From the NCBI GenBank assembly GCA_905178155.1, contig CAJINV010000004.1, forward strand, positions 7,272,548-7,336,547: a DNA stretch of 64,000 nt, given 5' to 3'. This document shows positions 37,810 to 50,283 of the stretch, piece after piece; within the stretch, counting starts at the first letter, position 1; every line of letters begins with the position of its first letter. The notes under the pieces were generated by a model that was not told where the DNA came from, did no database searches, and saw only the letters and a list, made by a program, of their open reading frames with translations. Source of the DNA: Amoebophrya sp. A120. Taxonomy: Eukaryota; Protista; Dinoflagellata. The position numbers were made by a program, and so were the translations under genes.

Positions 37810-40800
37810 TTACTGCAAGCTGGTGTACCCTTGCCAGCTCTGGATGCCCCAGAACTCCTTTCCGGCGGCTTCCCGCTGCCATTTTTTATACAAGGCCTCG
37901 ATGAAAAGCCTCGATGTTTTTATGTCGTAGAACAAGGGTACATTGCAGTCCACCGCCAACCTCCGCATCTGAAACCCGTCGGTCGCCCCCTGACTGTCCA
38001 TGGAATCCGGTACGTTGATAAGCAAATCGATCTTGTTCTGGGAAATCAAATCCGTGACGTTCGGCGTCTTTTTCACGTGCGGTTTGTGGACCAGGATACC
38101 CGTAAAGTTCTGCATCTGATCGTGTTCGTGTAGTTTTATCGCATGACATGCATCAGCTAGAGCTACTTGAAGATTATTATGCTGGTCATCAAAATTTTGA
38201 AAATAATTGCGATGGATGCTGGCAACATCTTGCAAAACGAAAATGAAATAAAGCGTGCGTAGAGGTCTAGAAGTACCTCTGCCTTGAAGAATTCGAAGGT
38301 CCTATGCATTGTAAATTTCCCGTACATGTACAAAATGCATGACAAATTTTGCTAACTTGCAGTGTACAACTTGTCATGCTAGACTAGGATTGAAGGCAAA
38401 TTTTGTCATGCACAGACAGCATTTGTACGTGTACAGGAAATTTACTGTAGATACGTCCCTTTGGTGCAGTACACCTGATAGCCCATCTCTTGCAGGAATG
38501 GCATATGCATTGCAAACTTGTACTCGTATTAATGCATTACAAATTTCCTGAGCATGACGAATGAAATTTGTAATGCGGATTTAGCTGAAGAACAAGATTT
38601 GCAATGCATGTTTGCAATTACTACGAGTACGATACTTTTGCAATTCATACGGCATGACACCCAACAGTTCCATTTTTGAAGCGTGGTGGCCGACCGAGAC
38701 CAGAATGTTCTTCTCTGGGAGCTTCAGACCACTGGAAACCAAGGCTTTCAGGTACGCCTCGTACTTCGTCATACCTGTGTTTCGGTTTGGTTCGGTTTTA
38801 TTTTCAACAGATTGTTTTCTCTACGGATCATGCAAGGCGAAGATCTATCACTATCTAGGCATAACGAACTACCAGCATGCCAACTCACACGCCAAGGTTG
38901 TAAAGAACCACATTACAACAAATGCAACTTTACCATAGCACGCCACCTCCCCGGTACTCTGCATTTCCACACCAAGCCGCGGGTCCGAATTCTTCAGTCG
39001 CGAGAACGAGAACACCGGCACTTTGCACCCCACGTAGTCCAGGTCCATCGGGTGCATTTTTTCCGGGTGCACTATTTGCCCGAGCATGACCTTCGTGGCT
39101 AAGGCAATCAGGTTGATGTTGAACGTCTTCGAAATGAACGGAAACGTTCTGCTCGCCCGGAGATTGCACTCAATCACCTTGACCTCGTTGTCCTTGCACA
39201 TGAACTGGATATTGAACGGTCCGGAGATGGACAGAGCCTTCGCGATCTTCGTCGCGATATCCTGTGCAAAAGTATCGCACTCGTACTACTCGCAGATACG
39301 CATGACAAATCTGCTTCTCCAGGTAAACCAGCACAACAAACTCCATTTTTCTTGCTGAGTGCCGTCTTGTCTTGCAATTACGTACCAATTCTAGTACGAT
39401 ACTCTTGCATTGCATATGAAACCTTCTTCACCCGTCGGTGCGTCTCGACGTAGAGCTTTTGTGCAGGTAATAACAATGTCGCGTCCCCGGAATGCACGCC
39501 CGCGTTCTCCACGTGTTCGCTGATCGCGTAGTTTACCACCGCCCCGTCGCACCCGACGCCGTCAAATTCGACCTCTTTAGCGTTTTCGACGTACTTGTAT
39601 CCACAGAAAAAGACCCATCCACATCCAACTTGTCATGCAAAATACGTATAAAGTCATGCGTTTGTCATGCAAAAAAGGATGTGGATGGGTTTTTTTCTGT
39701 AGATAACTTGGAGATCACGACCGGGTAGTCACGGGAGACGATGGCAGCGGAACGAAGGAATTCGTACCTGATAAAGTTTACATGCGAATGAATGTTGGGA
39801 TGAACTGTTTCTGATGCATGTTATGCAACATGCAAACTTTAGGTCTAAATACCTCATGCAAATAAACAGCAACACAAAAAAGAACCCGATTTTCAAGTAA
39901 GTAAGTATGTACAGGTTCTCCGCTGAGTCCACCACCCGCATCGCGGCACCGGACAAGACGTAGGACGGCCTGACCAGCACCGGAAAGTCCACCCGGTTGC
40001 AAAACGCGAGCGCTTCTTGGTAGGTGCTGAACTCGGACCAGTCTGGCTGATCCACCTGCAACTTGTCGCACAACTGGGAGAACTTGAACCGGTTTTCCGC
40101 CGAGTCGATCGCCGCGACGGAGGTGCCCAGAATCCGCACGTTCACCAGAGGGGACTGCACTAGTCCCATCGCGAGGTTATTTGGCACCTGCCCCCCGACG
40201 GAGATGACCAGCCCGTAGGGGGACTCGAAGTGGTAAATCTCTAAAACTGTCTCGTGCGACAATTCATCGAAGTACAGCCGGTCGGACTCGTCGTAATCGG
40301 TCGACACCGTTTCCGGGTTGCAGTTGATCACAATCGCCGGTCGGCCCGCCTTGTGGATCGTTTTCACCGCTTGCACGCAACACCAATCGAACTCGACAGA
40401 GCTCCCAATCCTGTAGCAGCCACAGCCGAGCACAATGACTGAGCTGCCCTTGTCGGCCGTGCTACTGGAGGTGCGACCCGGGGGCGGCGCTTGGGAGCTT
40501 GTGGACCGGGGCATGGGGTTGAAAAAGTCGTCGGAATACTGCAGATCCACCCGCGTGGGATTCGGCGAGGGGAAATCCGCACCGGTTATCCAGCGCAAGA
40601 AAACTATCGTACTCGTAGTATGTAATTGCCATATTGCATTACAGATCTGCCTTCTTACCCAAAACGGCATGACAAACTTGATTTCTCGATCTGAAAAAAC
40701 TTATCATGCATTTTCTACTCAGTACGATAGTTTTGCAATGCATACCGGACATGTAAAAGCGATCCGTTCCGCTGTTCACCGGGGAAGGCTTCGACGGTGT

Positions 40801-43800
40801 TCGCATCCGGAATCGCGGGGACCCGGGCCGGTCAAAATTCAACGTTTCTTTCCTGGATCTCACCGAGGTCCTGATCGGGTGCACATCGTGTTCGTCGCCG
40901 TTGTATGTTAAATACAAATAGTTCGTCTCCGCCGGGAACTCGCCGGCGACGGTGTCGACCTGCTTAATCGACGGGTGGATGTGCTTTTGAAATCGGAGGT
41001 GTCGCACGTCTTCCTCCGTCACTAACTGCTGTTGCCGTGCCCGGGGAGACGACGCGTCGACCATCATCTGCCTCCCCGCACTGGTGTAGGCGTCGATGCT
41101 GTCGTGGACCTTTAATTCCCGCTTCTTTTTCGCCGCTGCAGCTCCGTCGACCGAATCAGAAGAGGTATTCCCGGAGGAAATATTCCCGGTACTTGGGACT
41201 GTGGTTCCATCAGAAGGCGTGGCTGCGGCAGACGGTCCTCGAATCGACGACAACAATCCCTGGGTGACCAACTTTGCGATTTGCCGGTCGCTGAACCCGT
41301 GTCGTTTCACCGTTTCGAGCAAATGGTTGTCTTGCTGCAAGGTTAAGAGGCTTGTGCTCTTCAAAATTCCCTGCAGGGAATGCACGTTGTACAGTTTTGA
41401 CAAGAACCACCGGTCGATTTTCGTCAAATGGTGCACGTCGTGCACGGACAATCCGTACTGGAACGCTTTGGCGACGGCGAAGATGCTATGCAATGCAAAA
41501 GTATCGTACTAGTATAAATTGCATCACAAATTTTTCCTAGAAGAAAACTGAAATTTGTCATGCAGATTCAGGTAAGAAAGCAGATCTGTAATGCTAGATT
41601 CGCATTTATACGAGTACGATACTTTTGCAATGCATAGATCCGAACTGGGCTCGGGTCCGCGAGTTCCTCCTTTACCTCTTCCAGGGTCGCGACGTTGCCC
41701 TTCTTCGCCTCCAGGTCGAATCTGTCGCCGTCGAACCCCGTGCACGCCTCGTCCACCATCCGGAGCGCCTTCTGCATCGTTTCTTCAAACGTCCTTCCGA
41801 TCGCCATGATTTCCCCCACGGACTTCATGCAGGACCCGACGTGTTTATCGACCGTGACGAACTTCTTCAGATCCCAGCGCGGAATTTTCACGACGCAGTA
41901 GTCCAAAGAGGGTTCGAAGCAGGCGGTGGTAGATTTCTATGGCCTGCTCAAACGTTACAATCTCAATCGTTACGAATAGAATCTGGCATTTGTATTGCAT
42001 GAAGAGCATGGGGAACGCAGAGAGAATTGAGCTTTTCGCAATACAAATTTTGCCGGATTTCAGGTGGGTTTGGGACTCCGGAACTTGTCATGCGCAATCC
42101 TATGGGAGTAGGCTAGATCATGCAGTTCTTGCATCACAGATTTCCAGATTCTATTGTAACAGTTGAGATTGTAACGTCTGAACGGGTCATAATTTCGTGA
42201 CCGCGTTTCTCAAATGCACCAAGTCGTGCCCCAACCCGAGTTTCGCAGCTACGTACGCGAGGGGGTACCCGGTGGCCTTAGAAGCCAGAGCGGACGAACG
42301 GGAGAGACGCGCGTTGACTTCGATGATGCGATATCAAATGCAAAAGTGTCTGGGTCTGTAAGAGTGGAACTTGTAATGCTGTCTGCGGATTCTAATTCTA
42401 AAAATATCTGTGTTGCGTGAGCAGTAAGAGGAGTCAGTTCTTGGCACGCGGAGAGGGCATTTGTCATGCGTAATAAGCATCAAGAAGCTCTCAAAAAATC
42501 TGTGATGCTCGCACCAGCATCACAGACTTGATGGGTCATGCAAAATGTGCATGACAAGCCCCGATTCTTCCAGACCCAGATGACATATTTGCAGTTCATA
42601 TGCGAAATTGGTCGGAATGGGGGTCGACCGCGTACTGAATGTTGCACTCGCCAATCACACCCAAATGGCGGATCATCTGGTGATAGATTTTTGTGGGCAG
42701 TTGTACTAGAAGTGGTGTCTTTAATTACTCCGCATGCGGAAACGGCATGACAGACAGCTCTGCTTTCAATCTCAATATAGCTCAAACAGCATGAGCAATT
42801 CAACTACTGAGCGTATTCAATAAGTACCTTCAACGCGCAATCCCGCAGCCGTTGGTACTCCGCGTTCGTGAGCGTCTGCGAGGGCGCCACTACGATGGAA
42901 TCTCCGGTGTGGATCCCCATCGGGTCGAAGTTTTCCATGTTACACACCGTAATGCAGTTGTCCAGTGAATCCCGGACTACCTCGTACTCCAGCTCCTTCC
43001 AGCCCTTCAGGGATTTGTCCACGATCACCTGCGACGATTTCTGGAAAGAGACTCTCGTCAGCGTGATCACTTCCTCCCGATTCGCGCAAAAACCGGAACC
43101 TAGTCCACCCAGGGCAAAAGCAGCGCGCACCAACACCGGGTAACCGATGCTGTCCGCGGCGGCGACGGCTTCTTCTACGGAGTTACAGCATTTCGACTCC
43201 GCGACTTTATACCCGACTTTGTCCACCGCTTCCGCGAACTTTTCCCTGTCCTCGGTCATGATGATCGCGGAAATCGGGGTGCCGAGGACCGTGACGCCAT
43301 ACTTTTCGAAGATCCCGTTTTCGAACATCTGCACGGCGCAGTTCAGTGCGGTTTGCCCGCCAAAGGTGCAGAAAATGCCGTCGGGTTCCTCTTTTTTGAT
43401 CACTTCCTCCACGAACTGGGGGGTGACGGGGAGAAAGTAAACCTTGTCCGCGAGACCTTAGTGTTGAATGTTGAATTTTTTTGCACAGTATGCTACGTCT
43501 GACAAATCAAAATGCAATTCAGGACCACCATGCATGACAAACTCCATGACAAGAACCTACACACTCTGTTAATTATACCAGCCGACGTTTGCACGGTCGC
43601 AATATTCGGGTTGATCAGAATTGATTCCACGCCCGCTTCCTTCAGAGCCTTGATGCACTGCGAGCCGGAGTAGTCGAATTCGCCTGCTTGGCCGATAGAA
43701 AGATATCGTATCTAAAAACGTCCCCACCCCATAGCTGTATATTCAAATCTGCATGCTGAAAATGTTTCCCATGCGGAGCCCCATGAGAAGCATTTTCTAG

Positions 43801-46800
43801 GTGTGTTTTGGAATTTGTCATGCTCCAATCAGCATGATGCACTAGCTCTGTGATGCTGCTTAACTACGTCAAACAACACGACACTACGAGTCGAAATTTG
43901 TCATGCAAAACAGCCAAAGCTTGTGGATTTGTCTAGCCGATTCCCCATCTTGACTATGGGGTGGGGACATTTTTGCATAGGATAAAAGACCACCAGAACC
44001 CAGTACCAACACCTTCTTGTAGCCCTGTTGCGGTCGTCTGTACGGCATCAAGGACAAATATAGAATCATCAGGATCGACATTGACAAAGTCGACAAATTT
44101 GTGATGCATAAAATGCATGACGCGAAGTGCGTGTGTTGCAGAGCAGGCAAGTGAGGCCGATTGTAAGCCTGGTTGGGGTTATAGCTAGAGCTGCATTTTT
44201 GCAGCATGAGAGGATCAGTCTTCTTTGCCTAAACAACATTACAAACTGGATTTAGGCACCACGAGAATTTGTGATGCGCCACTTAGAAACTTGGTTCGAA
44301 CTGGAATCCAAATCCATTTTACGCATGACAAATCATTTAGATTTTGTCAATTTCAATCCTGACACTTCCATAACAAGGGTAACGACCCCGAATTCATGAT
44401 GGTGTCGATAAACTGCGTGAACAAGAAGCTCGTGTCCGTCGGCCCCCCGCACGCCTCCGGGTGGAATTGGACGGAAAACCAAGGCTTCACCCTGTGGATG
44501 ATGCCCTCGTTGCTGTCGTCGTTCCCGTTGACAAAGAACGGGGACCAATCGGCGGGTAGCGACGCGGAGTCCACCGCAAACCCGTGGTTCTGTGGCGTGA
44601 TGTAGCACCGGAGCGTCCGCAAGTCGACGCACGGCTGGTTCATGCCCCGGTTCCCGAATTTCATCTTGTAGGTCGTCGCGCCGGCGGCGAGCGCCAACAG
44701 CTGATTCCCCAGGCAGATTCCGAAGATCGGCTTCGTTTTGGGCAACTGCATGAACTTCCGCAAGTGGTCGATCGCGGTCTGACAGTAACTCGGATCCCCC
44801 GGCCCGTTCGACAGAAACAGCCCGTCCATGTTGTCGATCTCCTTGCAGTATGAAATGCAAATGTGTCTGGGTCTGGATACTTGTGATGCTGGGTGGCGTA
44901 ATATCACGAAGAGGCCACAAGTGCTGGCTCAGCATGACAAGTTTCTGAGCTTCTAGGTGTTGCCTATTCTGCATGACAAACTGCGTTTCTGCATGACAGA
45001 AAAATGGGGCAGCTCTTGGGTAATGTGCATGACAAATTTGAGAGTCCTCATGTGAGACAAGCATGACAAACTTGCATTCTTCCAGACCCAGACATTTTTG
45101 CACTTGATATGCAGATGTCGTAGTCCCAGGGCACGCGGACTAATTCCACGCCGTATCCTGTGCAAAAGTATCGCACTCGTAGTAATCGCAGCCATGCATT
45201 ACAAATCCCCATCCCAAGGTTCAACACCACGACAAATTCCATTTCTCATGCTGAGCAAATTTGTAATGCAATTACTACTAGTACGATACGTTTGCAATTC
45301 ATACGCCGAGGACGTTCACAAAGTAGCGGATAATGTTGTACTTGATCCCGAAGTCCATCGCGACAATCCGGCACTTCGGCTTGTCGATGTGTTTCGGCGT
45401 GTAGATGATTTTCTCCTTACACGACACCTCCGCCGGAAGATTCCGTTTATTCGGGTCGTCTATGAATTGCAAAAGTATCGTACGCGTATAAATGCATTAC
45501 AAACTTCCTCAGCATGAGAAAGAAAATTTGTAATGCTGAGTTACCTTTAAGAAAAAGATTTGCAATGCATGATTGCAATTACTACGAGCAGTACGATAGT
45601 TTTGCACAGGATATCGTCAAACTCGATCGACCCGTCCTTTTCCATCTCGATCTTTCCCAAAATCGCACCCTCATTCCGCAGCATCTTCGTGATCGCGCGC
45701 GTGTCCACTCCGTACATGCCCGGGATGTTGTATGACAGTGCACAGCTCCCTCTCCCCTTCGCTTGTCATGCAAAACCCCGAATCCAGTCGCTGCCTTATG
45801 GCACTGCTTGCATGACAAGTTTTGGTAGTTCAAAGAAATAGCACCAGACTCCAGTGTAAATTTGTCATGCAAAACAGGCACTCTTGCTGATGCTTGTATT
45901 GCTGTTCATGCTAGACAAATGAGGGGGAGCAGGGGGAGTTGTGCACTGTCATATGTTGTGCTTCTTCAACCAGGTGGAGAGGGAGCGCTTGGATTATGAA
46001 AGCCTCGAAATGGAAATCCTCAAAAAGTGGAAATAAGAATAACTTGTGATGCATGAAATGCGACGCAAAAAACGACTGTATTGCAGGGGACGCAATGGAG
46101 GCAGACTATTGTCCTTCTACGGGTTAAGGATTGGAGTGCTGATTAGCACGAGAAAAGGGCACCCCTTTGCGTTAACCAGCATGACAGACATGCTTTGAGT
46201 GCTGCCCGGGAAATTTGTCATGCGTCGCCGAGAAGTGGCGCTTCAACTGGAGTGGTTTTTTGCGTTACAAAGTAGCTTCACTTACACTTTGCGGATTTCC
46301 AACCTGAGGCTTTCATATGGATTGGTAGTGAGAGGACTCGAAGGAGTAATCCGCGACAACGATGCCCTTCACGTAGATCTGCTTGCCCTCAAAATGCTTG
46401 AACAGACCTGATTTTTTTTCACTGATCTCCTCCTCCGATTTTATTTATGTTGGTATATCAGAAGTGCTGGGAAGATGATAGCAACGACCTGATTGCAAAA
46501 TGCACCACCGCGGCGCAGCAGCACGGTCCTCACAGTAGAAATTCTACAAGTACAACCATGTCAACAAGAACATCAATGCATACCATGCTCATCCACCTCG
46601 TCGTCCCCCGGTACGCCGTAGTTTCCAATCAGCGGGTAGGTGAGCACCAAAATCTGCCCCGTGTAACTCGGGTCGGTCAGCGACTCGGGGTAGCCCACCA
46701 TCCCCGTGTTAAAGACCACCTCGCCGGCCGCGGAGGTTTCCGCACCGAAGCTGAATCCCTTGATCTCCACCCCATTTTCCAAGACCAGACTCGCCGGCGC

Positions 46801-47202
46801 GCCCCGGTCCAAGGGGGTGCCGTTGTTGGGGCGAATGTTGATGAAACCGCTGCTGTCCACGGAGTCCGCGGGCGAAGCGTCGGGAGGACCAGCAACAATT
46901 TCCATCGGGGAAGAAGTTAACGACGACATTGTGTTCCTTGAGAAAAAATTTGTATTTATTGAATTTGTGCCGTTTTGGTAGGTGCCGTTCCTCTCTCTCG
47001 TCGTGCAGCTTTTTTGACTCTCTACATTGAAAACCAGATAGTTGCGTGTCCTGAGATCAACGTGTTGATCTGCGTGTGCTGGACGACCAAAACTAGCTCT
47101 AGCTCCCGCATTCAAATCTCTTTCATCTATCACAAGCTCATAGTCAATGCTCGTGTCGAGGTTTGGTGCGTCAAACATTCTTCGATTCGGGGACGTAGAC
47201 AT
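37810..47202 (-). CDS. CPSII: Carbamoyl-phosphate synthetase II (fused glutaminase + synthetase); 15 introners plus several GT-AG introns
   Basis: [106 protein letters not shown] and a C-terminal MGS-like domain. No DHOase/ATCase follows. Start could instead be 46930. Confidence 0.95.
38303..38453. mobile_element. Introner family I
   Basis: TIR TAT..GTAAATTTCCYGTACAYGTACAAA; flanks GGTCC/CGTCC. Confidence 0.8.
38504..38649. mobile_element. Introner family A
   Basis: Family A TIR; flanks TGGCA/CGGCA. Confidence 0.85.
39258..39416. mobile_element. Introner family A
   Basis: Family A TIR; flanks eroded (CGCGA/TGAAA). Confidence 0.8.
39598..39705. mobile_element. Introner family C
   Basis: TIR TATCYACAGAAAAA.ACCCATCCACATCC; flanks ACTTG/ACTTG. 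Confidence 0.9.
40587..40744. mobile_element. Introner family A
   Basis: Family A TIR; flanks CCGGT/CCGGA. Confidence 0.85.
41487..41636. mobile_element. Introner family A
   Basis: TIR TATGCAWTGCAAAAGTATCGTACT; flanks GATGC/GATCC. Confidence 0.9.
41938..42191. mobile_element. Introner family E (variant interior)
   Basis: TIR TATG..TCARACGTTACAATCTCAA; flanks ATTTC/ATTTC. Confidence 0.85.
42332..42600. mobile_element. Introner family B
   Basis: Family B TIR; flanks TGCGA/TGCGA. Confidence 0.9.
43704..43984. mobile_element. Introner family F (opposite orientation to 3124/27369)
   Basis: TIR TATC.TAT..AAAAAYGTCCCCACCCCATAG; flanks AAAGA/AAAGA. Confidence 0.9.
44059..44372. mobile_element. 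Introner family H
   Basis: Family H TIR; flanks ACAAA/ACAAG. Confidence 0.85.
44849..45109. mobile_element. Introner family B (B2 interior)
   Basis: Family B TIR; flanks TGCAG/TGCAG. Confidence 0.9.
45154..45303. mobile_element. Introner family A
   Basis: Family A TIR; flanks CGCCG/CGCCG. Confidence 0.9.
45461..45613. mobile_element. Introner family A
   Basis: Family A TIR; flanks TCGTC/TCGTC. Confidence 0.9.
45731..45953. mobile_element. Introner family D (opposite orientation to 4044)
   Basis: TIR TATGACAGTGCACARCTCCCC; flanks TGTTG/TGTTG. Confidence 0.9.
45995..46317. mobile_element. Introner family G
   Basis: TIR TATGAAAGCCTC; flanks TGGAT/TGGAT. Confidence 0.9.
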
Positions 47203-47908
47203 TTTCTTTCGACACAGAAGTAGTAAAAACGTAAAAATGTTGAGGGATCCAACATTTGTTCACAATACACCGAGTTGTGGAGAATCTGTACCATGTAGTA
47301 GTTTGTTCTCGGAGAAGCAGTGAGTGGATTTTGGTGGAAAGAAGTGACGCTTCATTTAGCGACGTGTTCAAAAGTGCTGGTGGGCACTAATTGCGATAAG
47401 ACCGAGGGAGGCAATTCGCGACGCTGGAGCGGTGTCACACACAGGGGGAACACAGTGGTGGACTAAACTTCGAAAGTGGTGGTAAAAACTCAAGGCTCAT
47501 GGTGCGCACCATAGATCATGGCTCGAGAGCTTCATCCTTCTGAAAATAACTGCGTGACCGCGCATTCTTGAGACGAAGCTTAGTTGATGATGTGCGCTCG
47601 TTTTACCTTTTGACGCTTTGTTGCATGGAGGCAGAGCCTTATTTTCTGTGTCTCCACCATGCACCAGGCGAAATCCACATCTACACTTGAAAAAATCATG
47701 CAAGGGATGCTAAAATGGAAATGCGTTTTTCTTTTTGTTTATCTTGGTTTTGTTTGAGTTCGTTTGTTGTTGTTTCGTCTACTTGCAAAGAGATAGTACT
47801 GGAAGATCATGACAACTTCGCCTAATAGGTAGGCGTATGGAAAATGTAACTCCACCTCGCAGACGCAGACGAGCAGTGACCTCCCTGTGGCCCTACGCAC
47901 AACACCTA

Positions 47909-50170
47909 CTACAGCTTCATCACAACGCAGGTAATGTCGTCGTGAAAGCCGTCGTCCAGCTGCGCATTCCATCGCTTTTTCGCCTCTTCGTTAATCGCAC
48001 TGGCACCGGAGTGGAGCAACGGCCTGAGCTCTTCCACTTCCTCAAAGACGTCCCAAACCCCGTCGGTGGCGACACAGAGAATGTCGCCGCGCTTAGCGTC
48101 GAGGAGGCGGACCTGGGGTTATTTTCAAGATTTTTGCAAGAATGCACGCACTAGCGGCGAAGGCATGCTAGAGAGTTTCTTTTTGTTGTCGGTCTGTCAG
48201 ACACACAAGTAAGTAGTTGTCCTCATGCTGCTGCTACATTCAACAAACAAAACCTCCCAATTGTAGTAAATACATCCGGCATGCAGGTCACACCCTGTTC
48301 GTGCGCGTGCAAGTCGCCAAACACTCGGCTCATGTTCAGCGCTGGCCAGGTTTGCCCGGCTGTGACAATCCGCGGGTCCCAGGGTCTCACCGTGCCCTTG
48401 GAAACGTAGAAACTCTGAATTTCCGCCGTGCCTGCTTCCTCGATCCTGGCCTTCTCTTCCGGCGTGTCTGGCCGATGGTCCTTCGTCAACGCAGTGTGTG
48501 TGCCGTTGGCCTGTATAATTCATGTTTTTCTTTTTTTCATGCGCATAATTATTGATGCGTTCCTGAGCTTGTCATCATGCTGTACTGCGATACCAAAGGA
48601 AAAAAATCCTACCCGGAAGAGCACCGCCTTGCCGTCCCCTATGTGTCCAATCAGAATCCACGGATCGACGGGGCCGTCGCCTTTCAGGATCATCGTTGCG
48701 GTCGTGCCGGACTCCCTTGCATCAAGCTCCGCCGGGAAAACGCCCTCGCCGTCGACGTACTCTTGCAGCGTCTTCACAGTGAGGCACTCCAGGGTCTGAT
48801 AGAACACATTTTTGTCTATCTTCGTCACTCATGCGCTGCTGCGTTCTATCTTGATCTTGTATCAGAAGAAAACGAAAAGTTATTCAAGTATCATTCTGCA
48901 TGATGCAGCAGGAAGTAGCCTGCAGCTTCTCTTTTCAATTGTCACTTTCACTCTATTGCATGAAGATGGAACCTCCACAACAACCATGATATTACCTCGT
49001 GCATCTGTTCAAAGGTGGCTTCCATGCATCCGCCCAGCCCCCGCAGCTCTTTGATGTTGTTGTCCAAATAGCCCGGGCCTTTCGGGTGAATATCGGCGCT
49101 GATCTTCCCCAAATTTTCGACCAACAACTTCACCATCAGGTTGGTCACCACTTGGCTTGTCACCTCCCCGAATTTCCCGTGGCCGTCGTAGACGCCGCAG
49201 ATTTTCAAATCTCCCCACTGCTTTGTCGGGTAGTGGAGGAATGACCAGGCGTCGTGGTTCGGCGTGCCCTCTTTGTGGCCTTTCCTGCACGAGATGCTGC
49301 AGTTTCCCTTTTCCTTTAGCAGCTGTTGGATGGAACTCAGGCTTATGCTGTTCCCACTCGCTTATGCATTGCAAATATGTAGTCTGAGTCTGGAAGTAGA
49401 TCGCCAGGTTTGGCATGCATATTTTGCATGGCACAGGATGCCTGTAATGCACGACCTAGCATCACAGATTTGTAGAGGGCTTCCTGATGCCTATTCCGCA
49501 TGAGAAGTGCCCCCTCCGCGTAGCAAGAACTGGACTCCTGTTGCTGGTCATGCAATACAAAGCTTTTCAGAATCCAAACACAGCATCACAAGTTGCTTTG
49601 TTCCAGACCCAGACATATTTGCATTTGATATCGCTTCCGTCGCCAGTTTTCTCGACTCCTCCGGGATGAAACTATCCTGTTTGGACGTCGAGCTGGTGAC
49701 TTGGAAGTGCTATCCTGTGCAAAAGTATCGCACTCGTAGTTGTAATTGCAGTCATGCATTACAAATCATTTCCTTAAGGTAAATCCGCATTACAAATTTG
49801 ATTTCCCATGCTAAGAAAATTTGTAAATGCATTTTTACGAGTACGATGCTTGTTTTGCAATTCATAAGTACTCTTTTTCGGCGAAACTGGGTTTCTTGCC
49901 GAGCTCCGAGTCGATGTTGCTGCGCACCCACCACATGGGCTCGACTGGTGGTCGTGCTGGGGGTTTTTTACTACTTACTGCGGGTGGAGGAGCCCCAGCA
50001 GGTTGTGAAGATTTTGGCTTCGACGGTTGCGACGCCGATTTCGTCTCAAATTCTGGGACGACGCTCAGTGCGCGGGTGGACGCTGCGGAGAAAGGTGCAA
50101 GTTGCTCTGGTGCACCAGCTAGGGAGCCGTCCGCCCGCATGGGAGGTAAGGCAGCTCGGGCACGCGACAT
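47909..50170 (-). CDS. Protein phosphatase 2C (PPM family)
   Basis: PNHDAW, CGVYDGHGKFG, ESGTTAT, GHIGDG, MTKDHRPD, LNMSRVFGDL, LCVATDGVWD, HDDITCVV. Stop at 47909. Confidence 0.9.
49363..49630. mobile_element. Introner family B
   Basis: Family B TIR; flanks TCGCT/TCGCT. Confidence 0.9.
49711..49866. mobile_element. Introner family A
   Basis: Family A TIR; flanks AGTGC/AGTAC. Confidence 0.85.
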
Positions 50171-50283
50171 GGACCGCAGAAGTGGTTGGGACGACTGATT
50201 TCAGTGTCGCGGTGATGTTGATGTCACGAAGAAGAGTTTCGATTTTCATTTTGCCTTTGGCCGAGTTTTGAAATATTTCTATA

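Noticed and set aside
39258-39422. Exonisation of the TIR end via GT...CAG giving KK-D-IATKI
   Set aside because: Ordinary removal of the element plus 5 nt also gives an in-frame KKV(A/S)TKI without an extra residue. The two cannot be distinguished without cDNA.
37810-47202. CPSII as a fragmented pseudogene
   Set aside because: Catalytic motifs are intact, and the frames checked rejoin after removing introners and GT-AG introns.
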